Below the pieces are notes generated by a model. The model searched no databases. It was not told the DNA's origin and saw only the letters and a list, made by a program, of their open reading frames with translations. Positions 17,512-26,515 of a DNA stretch of 26,515 nt are shown here, one piece after another. Both the position numbers and the translations under genes were made by a program. The stretch comes from Candidatus Aenigmatarchaeota archaeon (lineage in GTDB: Archaea; Aenigmatarchaeota; Aenigmatarchaeia; QMZP01): assembly GCA_038999435.1 (NCBI GenBank), contig JAVZYR010000004.1, positions 1 to 26,515 of the forward strand, written 5' to 3'. Within the stretch, counting starts at the first letter, position 1. Each line of letters opens with the position of its first letter.

Positions 17512-19221
17512 ATGGCAAGAATTGCTGTTGTGGAAAAGAAGGTTTGCAATCCAAAAAAATGTGATTGGTTGTGCAAAAAGGTTTGCCCTGTGAACAGGGC
17601 TGGTAAGGATTGTATAGTGCAAGGAGAAGATGGAAAGCCACTCATAGCTGAGGAGATATGTATAGGTTGTGGGATATGTGTTAAAAAATGCCCTTTTTCT
17701 GCTTTATCTATTGTCAATCTTCCAGTGATGAAGGAAGAGGTGATGCATAGATTTATTCCAAATGGTTTTTGTCTGTTTGGTTTTCCTGTAATAAAAAAGG
17801 GTCATATTACTGGTCTTCTTGGTCCAAATGGGATTGGAAAAACAACAGTCCTTAATATAATGGCTGGTCAACTTAAACCAAATCTTGGAAAGGATGGTAC
17901 GGGTTGGTCTGATGTGCTTGAAAAATTTAAAGGGACAGAGATGTTTGACTATATGCAAAAACTTGCAGCAGGAGAAATAAAATTTTCATATAAGCTACAA
18001 AAGATTGACGCAATACCAAGTTACTGGAAAGGTACGATTGAGGGGCTTCTGTCAAGATATGAAAATTGGGAGATGCTCACCAATGAACTTGGATTGGATG
18101 CGAAAAAAGATGTCAGCCAACTTTCAGGTGGTGAACTTCAGTTACTTGCAATTGCTGCTACGATGCTAAAGGATGTAGATTTCTACTTTTTTGATGAGCC
18201 CTCAAGCTATCTTGATGTAAGACAAAGATTAAAGATTGCGAAAATGATAAGAGGGCTTGCAGAGAAAAAATGGGTTGTTGTCGTTGAGCATGATCTTGCG
18301 CTGCTTGATTATCTTGCTGACAGTGTATGCATACTATATGGCCATCCTGGCGCATTTGGTATTGTCTCAAGGCCCTATCCTGTGCGTAGTGGTATAAATG
18401 CATATCTTGAGGGATATGTAAAGGATGCAAACGTAAGGTTTAGGCAGGAAGCGATAACCTTTGCTGTCCATGCAAAGATTGCTACAAAACCTGAGCCATT
18501 TTTAACATATCCTGCTATGCAAAAGACATTCCCGGGCTTTAGGGTAGATATAGAAACTGGTGAGATAAGGCGAGGTGAGATTATCGGCATACTTGGGCCA
18601 AATGCAACGGGCAAAACAACATTCATAAGAATGCTTGCTGGTGAAATCATGCCTGACAATTGCGAACTGAAACAAAGATTTCAGCTTGCATACAAACCAC
18701 AGATGATAGAACCAAAAGAAAAAGAGATTACAGTAAGGGAATTTGTTTCTGATAAAAGGCTTTTGAGCTATCTTGGACTTGAGCTATTGTTAGAAAGAAG
18801 GCTTGGTGAACTTTCAGGTGGGGAATTGCAAGCAGTTATGATTGCTCAATGTATCTCACAGCCAAAAGAGCTTATGCTACTCGATGAACCGTCGGCATTT
18901 CTTGATGCAGAACAAAGGCTGAAGGTTGCAAAACTCATAAGAAGTCATTCAGAATCAGAGCGCATACCTACATTTGTTGTTGACCATGACCTGCTTTTTT
19001 TGGATGCGATATCAGACAGGCTCATTGTTTTTAAAGGGGAGTCAGGAAAATGGGGTAAGGCAAGCATGCCCCTTGAACTAAAAAAAGGTATGAATACATT
19101 TCTTGCAGATATCGGCATCACATTCCGCCGTGACCCTCAGACTGGTAGGCCAAGGGCGAACAAGCCAGGCTCTCTGCTTGATAGGGAACAGAAAGAGCGA
19201 AGAGAATTCTATTATTTATGA
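17512..19221 (+). CDS. rli1: Ribosome recycling ATPase ABCE1 (Rli1)
   Basis: N-terminal Fe-S Cys clusters (C.PKKC...C...CP, CIGCGICVKKCP), two ABC domains (GPNGIGKT, GPNATGKT, LSGGELQ twice), TFRRDP..GRPRANK. Confidence 0.97.
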   Translation: MARIAVVEKKVCNPKKCDWLCKKVCPVNRAGKDCIVQGEDGKPLIAEEICIGCGICVKKCPFSALSIVNLPVMKEEVMHRFIPNGFCLFGFPVIKKGHITGLLGPNGIGKTTVLNIMAGQLKPNLGKDGTGWSDVLEKFKGTEMFDYMQKLAAGEIKFSYKLQKIDAIPSYWKGTIEGLLSRYENWEMLTNELGLDAKKDVSQLSGGELQLLAIAATMLKDVDFYFFDEPSSYLDVRQRLKIAKMIRGLAEKKWVVVVEHDLALLDYLADSVCILYGHPGAFGIVSRPYPVRSGINAYLEGYVKDANVRFRQEAITFAVHAKIATKPEPFLTYPAMQKTFPGFRVDIETGEIRRGEIIGILGPNATGKTTFIRMLAGEIMPDNCELKQRFQLAYKPQMIEPKEKEITVREFVSDKRLLSYLGLELLLERRLGELSGGELQAVMIAQCISQPKELMLLDEPSAFLDAEQRLKVAKLIRSHSESERIPTFVVDHDLLFLDAISDRLIVFKGESGKWGKASMPLELKKGMNTFLADIGITFRRDPQTGRPRANKPGSLLDREQKERREFYYL

Positions 19222-19547
19222 TGTTTAGGCTTCCTCTGGATTTTTTTGTGATAAAAGTAGGCAAAAGCAAGTAGGCAAAAAAAGAGATAAGGTATGTCTG
19301 TTTTAAAAACAAGCAAAGCATAATAGAAGATAACCCCTAATACAAAACATATCAAAATCGTTGCTGAATAAAGTGGTTTTCCAAATGGAAATATGTGGTC
19401 AAGAAATATAAACAAACCAAGTAAAAAAAGTAAAATCTGAAAAATAAAACCATACCAGCCAAGAAATGCTGCTGCAATGAAAGAACCAGCTATCCAACCA
19501 CATATAATTGCTTCAGGGCTTGTGATGGGCAACTCATTACCTTTCAT
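19212..19547 (-). CDS. Small multi-pass membrane protein
   Basis: About four hydrophobic segments and a basic tail; overlaps the upstream stop codon. Confidence 0.7.
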   Translation of the reverse strand: MKGNELPITSPEAIICGWIAGSFIAAAFLGWYGFIFQILLFLLGLFIFLDHIFPFGKPLYSATILICFVLGVIFYYALLVFKTDIPYLFFCLLAFAYFYHKKIQRKPKHHK

Positions 19548-21052
19548 TTTACCCCCATATTTGATCTGAAAAAGTTTGTTATCGCGCCAAAATCACCTGC
19601 ACAACCACGTGCAAACATTTTTGTTACACGCTCATAGAAAACAGTCTCGTATGGTCCCTTTCTAACCCAGAAATAGAAAAAGCGCTCAAGGCCTGACCTG
19701 AGCATCTTAGCAATCTGCTTTGCTTTTTCAAACCTCTTTGTCTTTTCTGGCTTTTTCTCTTCAAACTCCTTTTCTATGCTTTTTAGCCTCTCCTCCTCTA
19801 TCTCCTTTGCACCTATCATCTCATTTATATATTTTTCAAACACCTTTTCCCTTGCATAAAGCTCGAGCAAATGAATAAGTAGAATATTCTGCGACATAAA
19901 CCATGTCTCTATGTTAATCATTGGATTGTCCGTCTCTATGCCTTCAGGAGGAGGTGAACGGTAGAAATTGACAAGATATCTTATGTCAAAAAACATATAG
20001 TATAATCTATCCTTTTTCATATCTCCGCTCTTTACTGCATTGTTTAAGATTTGGTTTACCTCATCATCCGTTATTTCTATGCCATACTTGTCCTCTATCT
20101 TCTTTTTCCATTCCTTGACAAGGTCATCATATGGGTCTACAACAAAACCTCTTGCCTTTTTTGTCATTACTGCAGATGGCTTTCTTACCTCTTCAGGAAC
20201 AAGTGGCTTCCAGAGCCAAATCCTGATCTCTGTATAGCCCTGTGTCTGTCCGCCGAACCCTGGCGTCATAAGAGGGTCAGTGATAAAAGCTGTCGGTTTC
20301 TCTTCTGTTTTTTCTCTTATCATTTTGTATCGTGCTATGTATGGCTTGAGCCAACTTCTATATTCATCGACAGATTTCTTTCTCGCCTCAAGTTGGGCCA
20401 AAATCCTTGCATATCTCTCCTTTACTGTTGGAAAGAATAGCTTCTTCCATTCTTTGTATAGCTCATTCTTTGTTTTAAGCACTGTTGCCTCGGCTTGTGA
20501 AACATCAAGCTGTCGCCTTATCTCATCTATATCTGTCCAATCCTCTTTCATGCGAATAAAATCTGTTATGATTGTTGGCCATCTCCTTGCCATGGTTATG
20601 AGAGAGTAGCCCTCCCCTGTGTATGCATCAACCCTGTCAACAAACATCGACCTCAGCACAGTTTCATCTGTCCTTCCAGCTATGAAATAATCAAGTATCT
20701 CTCTGTAACGACGTGCATCATGGCTTATAAGCTCATAATCAGCAACTGCCTGTGCAGCAGATGCAAGACCAGACTTTATTGCAGCTTCAAGCTTCTGTTT
20801 CTGTCCAATCGTCAGGCTGTAATATTCAGACCAAAGTGGTGTTACCTCAATCCACTCATCAACCTTTTTAATTACAAAATCCTGCTTTGCTGCCCATGAT
20901 ACAAAAGAGAGGTATAGATTCGATGCTCCACCTCTAAGACATGTATAATCAAAAAGGATCTTCATCTCTCTTGGAGCGCTACAAATACCAATACCAGTAA
21001 GCCTTTTGCTCGCGCACCATGCCCTTAAATCATCCGAAACTAGCTGTTCCAT
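19544..21052 (-). CDS. Hypothetical 502-aa protein with long amphipathic or coiled-coil helices
   Basis: Long ORF tightly packed between neighbours; no catalytic motif recognised. Confidence 0.8.
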   Translation of the reverse strand: MEQLVSDDLRAWCASKRLTGIGICSAPREMKILFDYTCLRGGASNLYLSFVSWAAKQDFVIKKVDEWIEVTPLWSEYYSLTIGQKQKLEAAIKSGLASAAQAVADYELISHDARRYREILDYFIAGRTDETVLRSMFVDRVDAYTGEGYSLITMARRWPTIITDFIRMKEDWTDIDEIRRQLDVSQAEATVLKTKNELYKEWKKLFFPTVKERYARILAQLEARKKSVDEYRSWLKPYIARYKMIREKTEEKPTAFITDPLMTPGFGGQTQGYTEIRIWLWKPLVPEEVRKPSAVMTKKARGFVVDPYDDLVKEWKKKIEDKYGIEITDDEVNQILNNAVKSGDMKKDRLYYMFFDIRYLVNFYRSPPPEGIETDNPMINIETWFMSQNILLIHLLELYAREKVFEKYINEMIGAKEIEEERLKSIEKEFEEKKPEKTKRFEKAKQIAKMLRSGLERFFYFWVRKGPYETVFYERVTKMFARGCAGDFGAITNFFRSNMGVK

Positions 21053-21053
21053 A

Positions 21054-21221
21054 TCAGATAAATATCAACAAAGCACCGATAACCAATGCTATGACACCGA
21101 GTAGTACACCCCTCCAGCTAAATTCTGCCTGATGCTCTATTGTAGATGGAAAGAAAAAAATCATATATAGACCAAATATTATCAGAAGGATGCCTATAAT
21201 CAAACCAGCTAGACCAAACAT
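21054..21221 (-). CDS. 55-aa two-TM membrane protein (absent from the ORF track)
   Basis: Manual translation MFGLAGLIIGILLIIFGLYMIFFFPSTIEHQAEFSWRGVLLGVIALVIGALLIFI; its stop lies 1 nt before the next ATG. Confidence 0.8.
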   Translation of the reverse strand: MFGLAGLIIGILLIIFGLYMIFFFPSTIEHQAEFSWRGVLLGVIALVIGALLIFI

Positions 21222-21256
21222 ATTAATAATTTAACAAATAAAATTAAAAATTGAAT

Positions 21257-21778
21257 ATGGTATTCGCACGAACAAAATTGGTTCTGGAGGATAACTGCTT
21301 CGAAGAAGAGCCAGGTGTGATTGAGATAAAGCTTGTTGGTCCGGGCGTAACAAAGTTGTACAAAAAAATGTATGAGATGATGCAAAGCATATTCGGTGTT
21401 CCTGATGTAAACATACAAGAGACAACATCGAGTTGGGGCAAAACAAAAGCAGGGACTGAAAAATTCAAGGTAAGATGGTGGTTGCATAAAGATATGGATG
21501 TCTACTCCTACCTATACATAAGATTTGACCTTTCCGGTGAAGGGAATGAAAAGGAAGGAAATGCAACCATAAGCATAAAACCAATCTTAAGAACAGAATA
21601 TCCACAAGATACGGTATGGCAAAGGAGCATAATCTATGAGATGTTGAGAACACTATGGCATAGGATATTCTATTATAGAAAAAGGGAACAGTATTCTGAA
21701 GAATGCCGGCGTGGGACAACGCTGTTTCAGCAAAAAATAAAGGAGTATTTTGATTCTCTTAAACATGGCGAAACTTGA
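21257..21778 (+). CDS. Hypothetical protein, paralogue A
   Basis: Collinear similarity to the next ORF; ATG at 21257. Confidence 0.8.
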   Translation: MVFARTKLVLEDNCFEEEPGVIEIKLVGPGVTKLYKKMYEMMQSIFGVPDVNIQETTSSWGKTKAGTEKFKVRWWLHKDMDVYSYLYIRFDLSGEGNEKEGNATISIKPILRTEYPQDTVWQRSIIYEMLRTLWHRIFYYRKREQYSEECRRGTTLFQQKIKEYFDSLKHGET

Positions 21779-22277
21779 GATTGTTGATGACTGCCTTGCG
21801 CCTGAAAGGCATATCTGGCTTGCATATAGTGGGCCAAATCCATGGAGCGTGGCTGAAAAAATATCAAAAAGCCTCGAGCCCTTGCTGCACATATCAGGCG
21901 CAAATACAGGAAATAGCCGTTTGAACTGGGATGCATTAGGGGATTACTATTCATTCTATGCTATATGGTGGGCAAGAAAGAAATTCTCAAAATACTCTGA
22001 GATGTGGGTTGATATAAGAATAGTTGGCAAAGAACATAAAACAACAAAAGAGGGAGAATTCACGCTAAGGGTTAGAGCTGAACTTAAGACAGAGTTTGAG
22101 ACATTCAACATCATATTAAAGCCTCTGTGGTATCTCTATTCCTATATATTTTATGATAGGGCAAGAAGACGATTCATTGAACAATGCAGGGAACTGATAC
22201 ATACATTTAGAAATGAGATAAAGGAGCACTATGACCTGCAGATAACAGAAGCACCGGTTAGTGTTGCGATGGGATGA
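21765..22277 (+). CDS. Hypothetical protein, paralogue B
   Basis: Collinear similarity to the previous ORF; ATG at 21765. Confidence 0.8.
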   Translation: MAKLEIVDDCLAPERHIWLAYSGPNPWSVAEKISKSLEPLLHISGANTGNSRLNWDALGDYYSFYAIWWARKKFSKYSEMWVDIRIVGKEHKTTKEGEFTLRVRAELKTEFETFNIILKPLWYLYSYIFYDRARRRFIEQCRELIHTFRNEIKEHYDLQITEAPVSVAMG

Positions 22278-22278
22278 T

Positions 22279-24090
22279 ATGCCATTCAAAGTTGGTGTAA
22301 CAACAGGTCTGTATACAATTGCACGGGCAGAGGAGTTGGCAACTTCTGTAAAAAAGTTAGGCTTTGCACTCACAAGAGGGACATCTGTTATTGAAATAAG
22401 TGGTGATGTGCCACATGAAATAACAGAGACTGATGGAGAGGAGATCAGACATATGGCAAAAAAACAGGGTTTAGATATAACATTTCATGGTTCATTGACC
22501 GTCCCGTTAGACATGCCGGAGCGTGGAGAATGGAGGGATGCACATGACCATATGCAAAAATCAATTCGTTCAGCTGTTTTTTGTGGCTCAAAATATGTCA
22601 ATTTCCATGCATGCCTAAACATCTGGCCTGAGTTGATGACATATGCAGGTCGAAAGTTAACGATGTCATTCTGCGACCATGAGGGCAATTTCATTTCCAA
22701 AATACTAAAAGAGTGTGAAAAGTTGAGAAACTGGTTTGTTGAGAATAGATGGGATGTCTATGCTGGAGATATTCTAACACAGCAGGAGCGCGTAAAGGTT
22801 TCTTCAAGGGCAGAACTTGATGCTACATCATGGCGAAGAGAAGAGATTATAAGAAGGATAAGAAAAGATATAAGGATATCTGAAGAAGAAAAGGAGGCTT
22901 TGATAGAGTTTATACAGGCAAGAGAGGCAATACCTGCTGTATTCGAAAAGAAATATCCATCAGAGGCAAAAAAACTTGAAAGAATATTTGATGATGTAAG
23001 GGTTGATGCTGCTGCAAAGCATGCCGAATTGTATGAAAAATATCTCAAAGATATGATAAAAGATAAGCTTGCAAAGGGTAGTGAGTGGGATACAGAGGAG
23101 CTAAGAGGTGTTGTTGGTATTGTTGATGGCGCGCACATACTTGCACACTACGTCTTTTTTACACAGGATATGATATGGACAGAGATGATCAAGATGTATC
23201 CTGAGGTTTCAAGAAAATACAAGCTTGACCCAAGCGATATAAATTCATTGATGAAAGCATGGGAGATTGCTGAAAAAGAAAATGACAGGAGATTTAAGGA
23301 ATTTTATTATGGCGTGGTTGGTGCAAAGATGCTTGAAGGCCATACGAAAAAAATACTTGAATGGATTGAAAAGGAGTTAATAGCAAAAGAGTTCAAAGGA
23401 AAACCTGAGTTGCAGGATATAGCAAAAAAGATTATAATAACATATGAAATGCCTGATGCACGAGACCCCATGCATGCTGGCCTGCACATACTTTGGTCAC
23501 CTCGCCAGCTTTATGTTGCGATAAAAGCTATCAGGTCAAAGCTAAAGGCAGATAGGGTTTGGATGTTGATGGACTATGAGCATATCGCAACACAGGGCAT
23601 AGACCCGATAAAGGAGATGGAAGAAGTGATAAAGATTGCACCTGATTTTGGAAAATATGTCCTTGCTGTGCATTCAAACACACCAAACCCTCTACATGCA
23701 CATGAGCCGATAGAGATTGGTGATGAAAGGGTTTATAAGCTGCTGTGGTTTTTGAGAAAGACTGGCTTTGGAAGAGATAAAACTGTCTATTTAATTTTTG
23801 AGCGTGGAGGTGCAAAAGATCCATTCCAGCGCTCTGTTGAGGCACTGCGGCTTGTTGCTGAATATCTTGAAAAGGATGTTGAGCCAAAAGAACTGCCAAT
23901 GGAGTTTTATGGTATGAAAGGGCCTGTTGCTGGAGATATAAAGAGACAGATGCAGATAATAAGGGAACATGCATGGGAGCCGCTAAAAGATTTGTTAGAA
24001 ATGCCAGAAGAGGAATGGACACTTCTTGGCCAAACAGTGATAAAGAAGGGTAAAAAGCCTGAGTTGTGGAAGAAGGAGGAACTAAGATAA
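22279..24090 (+). CDS. Xylose-isomerase/AP-endonuclease-2-like TIM-barrel metalloprotein with a large helical insertion
   Basis: Strand-end motifs IEIS, TFHG, VNFH, TYEM, MDYEH, VHSN, HAHEPI and IFERG in family order; a long charged helical insert lies between VNFH and TYEM. Confidence 0.75.
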   Translation: MPFKVGVTTGLYTIARAEELATSVKKLGFALTRGTSVIEISGDVPHEITETDGEEIRHMAKKQGLDITFHGSLTVPLDMPERGEWRDAHDHMQKSIRSAVFCGSKYVNFHACLNIWPELMTYAGRKLTMSFCDHEGNFISKILKECEKLRNWFVENRWDVYAGDILTQQERVKVSSRAELDATSWRREEIIRRIRKDIRISEEEKEALIEFIQAREAIPAVFEKKYPSEAKKLERIFDDVRVDAAAKHAELYEKYLKDMIKDKLAKGSEWDTEELRGVVGIVDGAHILAHYVFFTQDMIWTEMIKMYPEVSRKYKLDPSDINSLMKAWEIAEKENDRRFKEFYYGVVGAKMLEGHTKKILEWIEKELIAKEFKGKPELQDIAKKIIITYEMPDARDPMHAGLHILWSPRQLYVAIKAIRSKLKADRVWMLMDYEHIATQGIDPIKEMEEVIKIAPDFGKYVLAVHSNTPNPLHAHEPIEIGDERVYKLLWFLRKTGFGRDKTVYLIFERGGAKDPFQRSVEALRLVAEYLEKDVEPKELPMEFYGMKGPVAGDIKRQMQIIREHAWEPLKDLLEMPEEEWTLLGQTVIKKGKKPELWKKEELR

Positions 24091-24112
24091 AGATTTAAAT
24101 TAAATTAATAGT

Positions 24113-25291
24113 ATGGCACGAGAAAAAGAAAAAAAATTAAATCAGGAAAAAGAAAAGGCAAATAAAAATATTGAAAAGGACAGCAAAGTAGAAAAGGCAG
24201 TAGGAAAGAGTAGGGTTGAAATAGTAAAAAAGTTTGCTGCTGAGATTCTTAAAAAGCATGGTGATGTTATTCGGTCCATTGTCCTTTTTGGCTCAACAGC
24301 ACGTGGTACTGCAAAAAAAGAATCTGACATAGACATATTTGTTATCATTGATGATACACGCCATCACATCACACCAACACTTAAAGATAGACTGGAAGAG
24401 GATTTTGATAAGATTGCAAAGGAGATATCACCTCAGCTCTCCATTCAACAGCCATATCTTTTGACAGAATTCTGGGCACTTGTAAGAGAAGGTCATCCTA
24501 TCATATTCAATTTCATCCGCGAAGGGGTGCCTGTATTTGACAGGGATGTCTTTTTGCCGATAAAGAAGTTGCTTGAGATGGGTGAGATAAAGCCATCACG
24601 TGAGGCTGTTGAAAAATTTATGGAAAGAGGGCCAAAGCGGATAAGTCGTGTCGAATCGGCAAAGATGTACATGATAGCTGAAGACTGCTACTATGCAATG
24701 CTTGAAACAGCACAGGCAGTGCTCATGTTTATGGGCATATCTCCACCAAGACCATCAGAGGCACCATCAGTTCTCAGAAAGGCCTTGAGCCCAAAAATGC
24801 TTGAAGATAGCTATGTAAAGGATTTGGAGGATGTGATTGAGCTAAGAAAGAAGATTGAACATCATGAGATAAAAAGTATACCAGGTGAAGAGCTTGATAA
24901 ATGGATTGAAAAGGCAAAGGAATTTGTCAAAAAGATGCAGTCATTGATTGCGAAGATAGAAATCATGAAACGTATATCCATGATTGAGAAATCCTATTCG
25001 ATTATGAGCGAGACGATTGTTACATTACTTAAGGCATTGGGTAAAGAACCAAAGCCAGAGGAAATTGGAGAGGCTTTCAAAAAGGATGTTATCGAGCCTG
25101 GCTTGTTGCCAAGTCATTATCTTGATGTATGGAATGACCTCATCTCCATGCGAGAGGCAGTTGAAAAAGGAAAGCTTATGGATATACCTAAACAGGATAT
25201 AATTGAGAAAAGGGAATATGTGAGAAAGTTTATCAGAGAGGTCTCAAAATTGTTAAAAACGAAGATAAAAGAAGATTCGAGGCTTGAATAA
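24113..25291 (+). CDS. Minimal nucleotidyltransferase fused to HEPN domain(s)
   Basis: LFGSTARG.....SDIDIFVIIDD; HEPN-like CYYAMLETAQAVL and RKKIEH (Rx4H); a further helical C-terminal region. Confidence 0.82.
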   Translation: MAREKEKKLNQEKEKANKNIEKDSKVEKAVGKSRVEIVKKFAAEILKKHGDVIRSIVLFGSTARGTAKKESDIDIFVIIDDTRHHITPTLKDRLEEDFDKIAKEISPQLSIQQPYLLTEFWALVREGHPIIFNFIREGVPVFDRDVFLPIKKLLEMGEIKPSREAVEKFMERGPKRISRVESAKMYMIAEDCYYAMLETAQAVLMFMGISPPRPSEAPSVLRKALSPKMLEDSYVKDLEDVIELRKKIEHHEIKSIPGEELDKWIEKAKEFVKKMQSLIAKIEIMKRISMIEKSYSIMSETIVTLLKALGKEPKPEEIGEAFKKDVIEPGLLPSHYLDVWNDLISMREAVEKGKLMDIPKQDIIEKREYVRKFIREVSKLLKTKIKEDSRLE

Positions 25292-25305
25292 TTTCATTAG
25301 AAGCA

Positions 25306-25848
25306 TTAATCATTTAGCCTGTCTATAATCTTTTTTGCTGCCTGTCTTGCTGTCATACCGCTTGTATCTAACACAAGGTCTGCCTCATCCTTTTGCTTAA
25401 AATAATCAAAGCCGTACATCCTTTGCCATTCAGCCCTCTCAATCTCCTGTCTTCTTTTTATGCTCTCATACGCCTTTGCATAGCTTATACCATCCCTCTT
25501 TGCTGTTCGCCTTGCCCTCACAGATAGAGGTACATCAAGCCATACAGTCAAATCTGCAATATCTTTTAGAAAATGCACTGAGAGCTTTCCGCATATAACA
25601 ATCCCTCCCCTTTTTGCAAGTTCTATCTGCTCTTTATCAAGGTGTTTGTGAAATGTCTTTGACTTGCATCTTCTTGTTTGCCATGCCTTTATCGACGCTT
25701 CAGACTGATTTTTACCTGCCACAAGCCCTTTTTGAATAAAGCCTGGTGAAAATGTCTTCAGCCCGAGCTGTTTTGCAACTTCATTTGCAAGGGTCGTAGA
25801 ACCAGCACCAGGAGGGCCTGATATTGCAATGACGGGCCTTCTTCTCAT
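25306..25848 (-). CDS. cmk: Cytidylate kinase, archaeal type
   Basis: IAISGPPGAGSTT, LD..Q, GKLS, VWL..PL.VRARR..KRDG, R...E......YG.D, DLVLDT. Confidence 0.88.
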   Translation of the reverse strand: MRRRPVIAISGPPGAGSTTLANEVAKQLGLKTFSPGFIQKGLVAGKNQSEASIKAWQTRRCKSKTFHKHLDKEQIELAKRGGIVICGKLSVHFLKDIADLTVWLDVPLSVRARRTAKRDGISYAKAYESIKRRQEIERAEWQRMYGFDYFKQKDEADLVLDTSGMTARQAAKKIIDRLND

Positions 25849-25878
25849 TCATTTTATTCGGATTTGTATTAAAATATC

Positions 25879-26514
25879 CTATCTCACCATGTCAGCAAGT
25901 TGGTCAAGTATGGCAAGGAAGAACTTCTCCCGTTCAGGGTCTTCTAAAATCAGCGTGCCCCTTGCAGACTGCGACATACACTCCCTTATGAGATGTTCGA
26001 TGCGTATATCAGCCTTTCGATATGGTATATGTTCTATCTCGCCTTTCAGTGAATATGATATACCTGAAAAAAGGAAATATATATCACGCAGGCATGCAGG
26101 CCCAATCTCCCTCTTTATCTGCTCAAATACCTTTCTAAAGTCCTCCTGCCTTTTTAGACTTCCTGCACCACGTGCATGTATATGTGCCCAGTTTATCACA
26201 GGTTCTGTTGAGTGGGTCCTTTTTACTATTTCAAGCACATCTTCGAGGTCGCCAAGCTCATCAGTCCGACCTGTTACTTCAATGCCAATCTTTGTCTTGA
26301 GTTTAAGCTCGCCTACTATCTCATTGATTTTGTGTACAGTTAACTTCAGTGCCTGGTCAAGAGGCATACGACGGTAAAAATTTGGATATATTATGAAAAG
26401 TCTGCAGTCCATAATCGAGGCAATGGTACAGAAAAGCCGTAGTGTCTCATCAGGCATTTCAGGCAGGTCAGGATATTCAATGGCAAGCTCAATGTTCAGC
26501 TTCTTTGCTTCTTC
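25879..26514 (-). CDS. Endonuclease IV-like TIM-barrel protein, 5' part outside the window, several metal ligands missing
   Basis: GIEVTGR..ELGDLEDV, PVINWAHIHAR, FSGISY..KGE..H, ILEDP; the frame is open to the window edge (EEAKKLNIELAIEYPDL...). Confidence 0.8.
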   Translation of the reverse strand, partial: EEAKKLNIELAIEYPDLPEMPDETLRLFCTIASIMDCRLFIIYPNFYRRMPLDQALKLTVHKINEIVGELKLKTKIGIEVTGRTDELGDLEDVLEIVKRTHSTEPVINWAHIHARGAGSLKRQEDFRKVFEQIKREIGPACLRDIYFLFSGISYSLKGEIEHIPYRKADIRIEHLIRECMSQSARGTLILEDPEREKFFLAILDQLADMVR

Positions 26515-26515
26515 C

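Noticed and set aside
25790..25830. Inactive cmk because the P-loop reads GAGSTT rather than GxGKT
   Set aside because: Ser or Thr at this position is, to my knowledge, seen in archaeal cytidylate kinases, and the other motifs are intact.
1..26515. Genome-wide reassignment of TAG
   Set aside because: All other recognisable genes are full length under the standard code, and four end at TAG in plausible positions.

Overview
Gene-dense archaeal chromosomal window, most consistent with a DPANN-type archaeon (inferred from gene content, very short divergent promoters and Cys-rich surface proteins). Housekeeping genes: ileS, argS, kae1, rpl7ae-rps28e-rpl24e, fen1, dph5, an Obg/YchF-type GTPase, ABCE1, cmk and a Thg1-like protein. 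Other coding content: a padR/ino1/pfkB inositol module, two surface proteins, and a divergent cluster of unknown genes (small membrane proteins, a 502-aa helical protein, a paralogue pair, a TIM barrel with a large insert, an MNT-HEPN fusion). The most unusual signals are: (1) a free-standing 101-nt structured RNA (2674-2774, minus strand) closed by a strict bulge-helix-bulge splice motif that would release a 74-nt, circularisable RNA; (2) an in-frame TAG in ileS with conserved IleRS sequence continuing past it; (3) a tRNA-Gln(UUG) interrupted by three introns, two of them long and built of shared repeats; (4) a PurF homologue without its glutaminase residues and an EndoIV homologue without most metal ligands. 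No CRISPR array, rRNA or transposase was seen. All calls come from reading the sequence by eye; no searches or folding programs were run.
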